From Hydrolagus colliei (taxonomy: Eukaryota), in NCBI GenBank assembly GCA_035084275.1, contig CM068755.1, positions 6,138,001 to 6,202,000 of the forward strand: a stretch of 64,000 bases of DNA. Reading direction: 5' to 3'. The notes beneath the pieces are model-generated. The model was not told the DNA's origin. It worked only from the letters and a program-made list of their open reading frames with translations, and did not search any database. Both the position numbers and the translations under genes were made by a program. Of this stretch, positions 52,062 to 61,000 are shown piece by piece (the first letter of the stretch is position 1; the number at the start of each line of letters is the position of its first letter).

Positions 52062-55000
52062 TATTATAATATTTACTGAGTATCCTCATCAGGTATAGTG
52101 CTTATTATCATTGCCAATTCTCCCACTGAGGTGGCAGCAGCATGGCAAGTACTGGCAGGGTTGGCAGATCCTGGAGACGCCAACTTCAGAGTTCGGCAAT
52201 GATGGAATGTGCCTGTGTGTCTGGGAACGAGTAGCCATCGAGCCCCGCCCGTACCCTCACTCTACAAACCACACCAAAATAACCCTCAGGATCTATAACT
52301 ACAACAAACCACAGATAAGCTTCCCCCAGGACATTCCTTCCCAAATGACATTGTAAGGCGAGGTGGCCTCCTAGTGTCAGCGACATGGTATTGTTGTGGT
52401 TCTACAGTTAACTGAGGCTGGCAGGGGCAGCATCCCGAGACCTATTGTGGTCGGCTTGGTCCGTGTCCAGGTCAGAGGATAGAATTATCTGATCTAATTG
52501 AGTGGGTACTTTCATCCTTCAGCAGAAAACAATCCTATTACATAGCAGTGTGAGCTGAGAGAAGCTGTGGGGCAGCCCTGGACTCGCTCCAGATCACCGC
52601 TGCTCACAGCCTCTCTCTGGTTACGCTTCCTCAGCAGTGACTGCGAGGATCATGTTCCTTCCATCGATGCCAGCCTCCGGCTACCCCCTACCTGTGTCCA
52701 TTGACGTAGGCATACTTCTATCGCAGTATGTACTTGGTCACAGGCAGTGTGCACATTGGTATCTATACAATGGGATGTTAACCTATTTCTTCATGGGAGA
52801 CTTGTTATATAAATCGAACTTGTTGTTGTTATGCTTTGCCTACTGCTCACGTCCCTGCTTCCCTGTGAGCAGCTTGTACCTATGAAGAGACTGTTACCCC
52901 ACGGCTAGAGAAACCAGCCCATGCTCCCATCATGGTTTTCTCCAAACTGAGCTCTGGGTGATTCTTTTCCAGTTGGGAAGCGCCTTCGCTTGCATTAAGT
53001 GGACGCTTAAAGCGCGACTATTTGGGGGACACTGCCGTGCGCAATTGTCCCACAAAATATACGGTCAATACACTTTAGAGTATATACTGTGAAGCAATTT
53101 GAGACATCCTAACGCCGTGATGAGGCGCTACATCAAACGCCAGGATTATTGTTACTATAAGTTCATGACTGGAGCATTCTGTCTGCTTGTGTGGCTGATT
53201 CTGTGACTCTTGTGGACATTGTGCATTTGCAGAATGAACAGAATCTGCAAGTGCTGGGCTTGGTGAAGTCAGACGAGGGTCTTTATCAGTGCGTGGCAGT
53301 AAACGACGTGGGCAATGTCCAGGCCAGTGCCCAGCTCATCATCCTGGAGCATGGTAAGTGAGAGGCAGCACAGACAGCACGCCGGAGGGAGGGGGCTGGG
53401 TTACAGGACTTGGCAACTGAAGCCAGCAGGAAACAGGTGGCAGCAACAGCAGTGAAGGAGAGAGGGCGAGCGAGGTGCTGGGGCAGATGGCAAAAGCGCC
53501 TTTAGCAACAGATCTGCTACTTCTGGGCAGAGCACAGCCTGTAGACATCGCTAACAGTATCCAGCATGGAGACAACTACCAGGGACTTCACACCTACCCA
53601 CAACTCTGCCATCTGTCGCACAGCTTTTCTGTTTTTTTTTATAGATGACACGTTTCTGAACAATTATTTTCTTTCCACTTGACATCCAGTTGTGCCTTTG
53701 TCTGACTAGGAAGGGGGAAGAGGTCAGGTCTGCCACGTTTCTACCCGCGCTGCTCCACTGTTATCTGCTGAAAGGTGCACGAGAGCAGCCTGGAGCGGTG
53801 GGTCCACATCCCTTCAGCCCTGTGAGCAGCACGAGGCAGACTCGGGGCAATGGGCTGTCCAGGAAAGTGTATAATTGCCCAGCAGGTGTGAGAAATCCAC
53901 ACAACTCAGGCAGACCGGACCTCTCCTGTTCTGTCGTGTGGGGATGATATTATCACCTGGTTAATTGATGTAGAACAACAGGCACATCATTTCTGCACAT
54001 GACTATCTCTCTGCCCCATGCATATGCTTTTCACTATCCGTTCATACAATCCAATCTTTCTGCTTCTTACTGCTCTTCACACACATCTATCTCCGTGCCT
54101 GACTGCTTATTCCCTGGTTTGTTTGACTTTATCTGGTCAGGTGCAGAATGCTGATTCTGTGCAAAATTAGCAAACCCTTGGACTAAGCAATTTGGAGAGT
54201 CAAGTCACCTTGGTCAGGGAGAGTCAGCGTATGAAATTTGTCAGTAGCGTAGGTTTAGATGCTTGCTGGGCCCTGGGATCTGCGATAGAGTCTCCGCCTT
54301 GTTTTTCAGTGTAACAGAAGAGCAAAACTCAGTGTATCCAGAACTGTGCTGTGAATCTTCCTCCCACATGCATCCTGTTCACACCTGGAGTTAACATACT
54401 GAGCCATTGGACGCTGAGAAAAAAGAATCCTCGTCTGCAATAAACTGTTTAAAAAAATCTCACCGTGCAGATCCTGGAACGATCACGTCCATCACATTTA
54501 ATGCTACAACCCCTGTATCTTGAATTATTTGGATTGCGATACTTTGCTATGCTACGCTCCAGGTGTCTGCAGTGACTTGTACCGTTATTTGCACTGTGAG
54601 CGTGTTTGTGTGCTTGCGGCTCTGCAATGGTGCATTGTGTGTTGTACGTTACTCCCTTTTTTAATTTTGTGGTTCAATCGCACGCTTGCCACCAACGTTA
54701 CTGATGTTTGTTCGTTTTGCGTTCGTTCGTTTTGTGCTGTTCTCGTTGTGCTTTGGTTTGGTTTATTTTCTTTCTTGTGTTTTTTTTTTTCTCTTCCCAC
54801 CTTTTTGTTTGGTTGCGGTGTTTGCCGTTTCTCCTCCTCTTCCCCCCCCACCCCCCCAACCCCCGATTGTGCCAGACATTCCCATCCCAACATTTGCCCC
54901 CGCCTCACTGACAAGTGCCACTACTGACCATCCAGCTGCCGCCACGGCCGAACTCCTGCCCTCAGCCCCTCGCGATGTGGTCGCTCTCCTCGTCTCCACA

Positions 55001-58000
55001 CGTTTCATCAAACTGACCTGGCGTCCACCAGCTGAGCCCAAAGGAGAGATCCTCATGTATTCTGTGTACTACTCTCGGGATGGCATTAACAGGTGAGGCT
55101 CCTCATTGTCGCAGACTCTAACCTTGTGGTTGGTGCAGTTCCATCAGTTATCATTGCAACTGAGGTCCCGACTGCCTGTTCGGGTAGATGCTAAGGATCC
55201 TTTGGCATATTGGTTAGAGCACTCGTCAATGCAAACGGGAGGACCTGGGTTCGATTCCCGGGCAGGTTGAAACGTCAGGTAAGTTTTGAGACGTTTCGAA
55301 GACACGATGAGGGGTTATATCAAAAGAAATATTATTGCTATTACAGCATTATTTGAAAACAGACGGGAGTTTCCTTCGGTTTGCTGGCCGACAATCCCCC
55401 AAATAACATTGGTCACTCACTCCCATGTATTTGTGGGACGCTGCTGTGTGCAACTTGCTGCATCATTCAACCCACAGTCAATCCACTTAGCAGTCTTGTA
55501 TTGTATTGTATACCCTGTAAAACACTTTGAAATGTCTCAATGATGTAATAAGGTGTTATACCAAAATGCAATGATTATTATTATATTATGAATAGCAGTA
55601 AATTATTTCCTTTGGCCAGCACCGATTAAGCACAAAATTAAGATGATCACATAATTATATTCCTTGTATTCTCATGTCTATATAGTTTCCAAGTGCTTCA
55701 CGGGGAATTGCTGCCAGTGGTGTGGTAGACAGTGTATTTGTAGGAAAACATGGCAACCATTTTGCTACGCCCCACAATCAACCATGAGGTAAATCACCCA
55801 TTAATCTGGAGGATTGGTGGCCTGGACAGCGGGAGAAATTCTTCTCTTCAAATACAGTTTAACTGTAGGACAGTTAATCTTCACCAGAACTTGCAGAAGG
55901 ATGTATCTGATATTAATTTGTCATCAGAAACACACCACCTCCCAACAATGCAGCGCTGTTCCCAGTGCTACACCTGGGTGTCAAGTTAGATAGTGAGCTC
56001 AAAGACGTCATGTAGGGCTCAAACTCACAATCATCTGCATTCATTAAACACTGCATAACTGTTCCGATGTTTAATGAATGTCACTGAAAGGATTGCTGAT
56101 TGCAGCTAGTCTCCGATCCTTTGGGTTCATGACACGCCAGAGACACTATTTCTGCTGCCAGGAAAGCAGGGTCTTGGCTAGTGTTTGGTGGCATGGGGCC
56201 AGGCCAAGCACCTGCTTTAGAGTGCCAGCACCGTCTGCTTTGTAACTGTTTGTGGCAGAATGGGATTGTTCCTGATCCAACTACTGACACAAATCAGAAG
56301 TACATGGGAACGATGCGTCAGTCATTCCAAAATTCTAACCTTGGGATGAACTGTGTCATTTAGGTGTCACCCTGTTAGAAGTCTCACCTCCAAGTTAGAA
56401 GATTGTAGGTTCAAGGCCCAGTCTAGGTTGACAACTCCAATGCAATACTTGGGATCTATTTACTGCATTGTTGGAGGGATTGCCTTTCATGTGAGACGTT
56501 AAACTGAGGTCACGTCCGTCTGATTGTCTGATCAGGTGGACATTAAAGTACTCCTCGCAAAAGTTTCTCCTGGCCCCAAATAAATATTGGTCATTCACCA
56601 GAACCCTGGGACAAACTCCCCTTTTTTTTTCCTTCCATGTAACATGATTTTCCTTAATCTGAACAGGCAGATGGGCATTAGTTTAATGAACCGTAGAGGC
56701 AGTCTGGACTATGACCTTGTGGTCTGATTTGGGAGTTGAGCCCACAGTGTTTTTACCCAGAAGTAAGATTACTCCCAGCTGAACCCTGATGTAGGCCACC
56801 AAAATTAAGCAGTCAATGACTCCTTTGGATGGGATGAGCTGAAAGTAGTGTTTTTGCAAGTATTAGAGTACACAAACAGGCTGCCAAGAGGAATAGTAAT
56901 GTGTAGGAGAGCTTTTCAGTGCTCCTGAGACTCTGTCCTATGTGAAGGCTGCAAGTAATTGTTGGTAAAGATCTGATTGCTATCCTAGCAACCAAGGGCA
57001 GAGAGGTAAGCGGATTGAGGACTCATTCTCCTCTGTTAACCTCTGATAGGGAACGCGTGGAAAACACCAGTGGACCCGGGAATCTAGAGGTGACCATCAA
57101 AGAACTGATGCCAGAAGTGAAGTATGTTTTCCGAGTCATCGCTCACAACATTCAGGGTCCAGGAGAGAGCTCAGCCCCATTCAAAGTGGCCACCCAGCCC
57201 GAAGGTAAACCAATGTCCGATCCCTATCACCTTCTCATAAACTGTAACCCTGAAGGAGTCTCAGGGATTGGGGGAAGTGAAGTGCTGTGTTAAAGGGGGT
57301 TGATGGCTTCTTTGGAGGATACATAGATACTTATACATTGGATTGAATAGTCTCCTACTGTGCAAAAAATGTCCCATATTTTGCTTATTGGGGGAGGTGG
57401 TGGGGGGGTCAATAGATTGTGGGATTGTAGGATGTGGGATTCAGGAGCAGGCCTGGGAGGGGTGGGGCGGTGTAGGGCTGGTGAGTGGTGCTGAATTATG
57501 GAAGCAATGGATGAAGGAAGGAGATGACGATCAAGATGAAGGAAAGCTCTGTCTTTGTACGTGACCTGCCAAGTCGCTGCTTTCTATCTTTCAGTTCAAG
57601 TGCCAGGTCCAGCTCCCAATCTCCAGGCATTGACCACCTCGCCCACCTCCATCACCATCACTTGGGAGGCACCGCTCTCGGCCAACGGGCCAGTTGTGAA
57701 CTACAAGCTGTACTACATGGAGAAAGGGGCAGTGAGCGAGCAGGTGAGGAAACTGCAGAGCACATGTTACTCACAACATAGCTCCCCGCCACCATGTTCC
57801 CGCTAAGGTGTGCAGGCGTGTGGGATGCTTCATATGTTTAAATGTGCCATTAATGCGAGAAATGAATCCTGCTCTTCAGTGTAAGTTGAGCTGAGCTTTT
57901 TGGGGTCTGGAATCAAGGAAATGATACTGTGACATTGAGTGGCGGTATGAGTGTTGTCCAGCTGCTGCCCAGCTCAGAAAGGCTTAAGGGCTGAGCTGTG

Positions 58001-61000
58001 GAAGCACAATACAAGGGCCACAAACCCTGTACTGTAGGAGAGGTGATTGTAGGAGTCTACTTGGGTATTATAGCTGCATTGTTGACACTCAGTAAACTGG
58101 GTGTCACCCAAAAAATATACAGTTAATTCACTTTACTGTGAAGTGTTTTGAGACTCGAAGATGTGATAAGGCGCTATATGAAAGTGCAAGGATTAGATGT
58201 TGTATTTGTCTCAATCCCGGGCAGGATGTGGATGTTGAAAACCTTTCCTACACCATGAACGGGTTGAAGAAGTTCACCGAGTACAGCTTCCGGGTGGTGG
58301 CTTATAACAAACACGGGCCTGGTGTCTCCACTGAGGACATTGTCACCAGAACCTATTCTGATGGTGAGTGGTGTGTGTGGGGGGCAGTGGGTGAGTGGTG
58401 TGTGCGGGGGGGGGCAGTGGGTGAGAGTGTGTGTGGGGGGTGCAGTGGGTGAGAGTGTGTGTGGGGGGGGCAGTGGGTGAGTGGTGTGTGCTGGGGGTGC
58501 AGTGGGTGAGTGGGGTGTGTGCGGGGATGGTGGGGGGGCAGTGGGTGAGTGGTGTGTGCGGGGGGGGCAGTGGGTGAGTGGTGTGTGCGGGGGGGCAGTG
58601 GGTGAGAGTGTGTGTGGGGGGGGCAGTGGGTGAGTGGGGTGTGTGCGGGGATGGTGGGGGGGCAGTGGGTGAGTGGGGTGTGTGTGTTGGGGTGGGGGCA
58701 GTGGGTGATCTATGCTGGGTTATTGCTGCACATCTCACGTTCCTGAGTTGAATAACTGCCAGTTTTCCTGCCAGAGTGGAGAGTGTTGCTGCAGTAAATG
58801 TGGTGTAATTTGCTAATATCCATGGATGGGGGGACAGTCTTGACTCGGGTGCAGCGTCCTGACCAACAATCCCCCAAATAGCTGCTCACCCCGTGGCTGT
58901 TTGTGAGGTATTGCTGTGTGCGTTTCACCTACAAAATACAGTCACTGCACTTTACAGTACTTCCAGTGAAGCTCTTTAAGATGTTTCATCAACGTGATGA
59001 GGTGTTATATCAAATGAAAGGATTATTATCATTATTATAACATCCATGTGTAACTCCTGGTGCTGGGTACAAGACATGTAGCAAATCAAATTTTCCATGG
59101 ACTGTTACTCATTCCATGATAGTGCTGAAGAAAACGGATTGAGTTTTTTTTTGCATTGTGTTGTTAAGTATTAAACCTAGAATTTAACATCTTATTGCTG
59201 TGCCTTCACCACTAATCTGAAGCTCCTGCCTGCATTGTTTTGCCTCGTACCCTCTTTATCTGTTTTGAAACCAGAAAACTTTAAAAAGATGCGATGGGGG
59301 TCACTTTAGCTCACTGGGGCTAAGAGCATTGTTGGGCTGAGAGCATTGTTGGGCTGAGAGCATTGTTGGGCTGAATGGTGGGACTGCTCCTATTTGTTTT
59401 TCTGCATTTCACACGTTGATGTCCTTTTGTTCAGTGCTGTGTCTGACCAGCTTGTTGTGTGTTTTTGTAGTGCCCAGTGCAGCTCCTCAGAATATCACGG
59501 TGGAAGTGCGTAATTCCAGGGTAAGTCTCCCTTCAGTCAGCAGGATCACAGTGAGGAAGGCTTGTAAAGCTATCTCAGCGGCTTCAGCACATTGTACGTT
59601 CAAGCTGTGATCCCTGTCCTTAGCTGATCTGAGCTGCAGTTGCTGGATCAAGCCTGATTGACTCCCTACGGCGGAATCACTTTGAGTTTATGGATATGCC
59701 AGTAACTTTGAGTACTTTGAGAGTTTACAAAGATTTGACAAGGCGCTGCATCCAATGCAATTATTATTAACGTCAGATAGAACCAGCTCGATGTGCCCAG
59801 TAAACTTGTGAACCTTTAGAGCATTGGCTAAAGAGCTGAGTATGAAGCTCGGTCTCCTCATTGCCTCACTCTGGCCTGATTCATGCAGCAGCTGCAGTCT
59901 CTCAGGTTACTGTTCTGTGAACATGGTCCTGTGCAGTGAAATCGCTGATAGCCCTTGGGTTGGTTTAAGGAGGGAGAGGGTGCTGAACGTTTCCGGTGAT
60001 TAATTGCGGTTGATTTCCCTTGTCTAGAGCGTTGTGGTCCATTGGCAGCCTCCCCCACCAGGCACCCATAACGGAGTGCTCACAGGTTACAATATCCGCT
60101 ACAAAAAGGGAGGTCGCCGTGGCGAGACCGACAGCACCGGAGGGAACCAGCTGTCACAGATAATAGATGGTGAGTCACGTATATGCAGGGGCTCCTGAGG
60201 TGTGTTTTCATTCACATTGAAAGGTGAGGACAAGGGGATTTCATGTGGTTGAGCAAGAAGCTGAACTGGAAACTTGAACCTGATTATAAAAGCGTTCAGC
60301 TAGCGGCTGAGCGATCAATTCACCTGTGCTTTGTTACATTTGGACGATGGAGCAGTCAGCACACCAGGAGAATTCTCATATTTCAGATAAAACATTATTC
60401 CCAAAGAGCCATCGGTCGGTCAGTGTTCGTGTTTCAGGGACACGTTTGTGATCTGCTCCAAAGACTGAAGCAAAATATTCAACAATTCTATGTCTTGATC
60501 CTCTTGTGACTGCCACACCTGTTGCTGCTTTCAATGTACCCACCTCCTTCTTTCCCTTGAAGAGGAACTCTAATCTATACAGAGTAGGTGGACAAAATTC
60601 CTCTGCAGTAAATGTACCGTTGTCGAATGTAAATCTGCGTTCTTTTTAACAAAGTGGAAATGTTACAAATACTGTCTTCAACCAAAGGAGGGCGTATTAT
60701 TAATCTGACTCACTGAGGCCCTCTACTTGTGGGTAACTCGGGCTGCAACATGAAATTGTCCTTTGCTTTAAAGCTCGCAGGTAAAATTGATAATGATAAT
60801 AATCGGTACTATGTTACTACCCAGTGTGAGACTGAGCCCCGCAGCGTAGAATGATCAAGGATGAAGGTTAGATTGTTTGGTGACGGGCCAGTGCTGCATT
60901 ATCAGAGGTGCTATCCTTCACATGAGACTTAAACTGAGGACCTTATTCAGGTGGGCATTAGAAATCCTATGTTAGTAGTCAGAAAGACAAGTGAGATTCT

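Noticed and set aside
58364-58708. CRISPR-like or coding repeat array (131-aa His/Pro/Thr ORF on the minus strand)
   Set aside because: Units are tandem with no unique spacers, the context is a vertebrate intron, and there are no cas genes.
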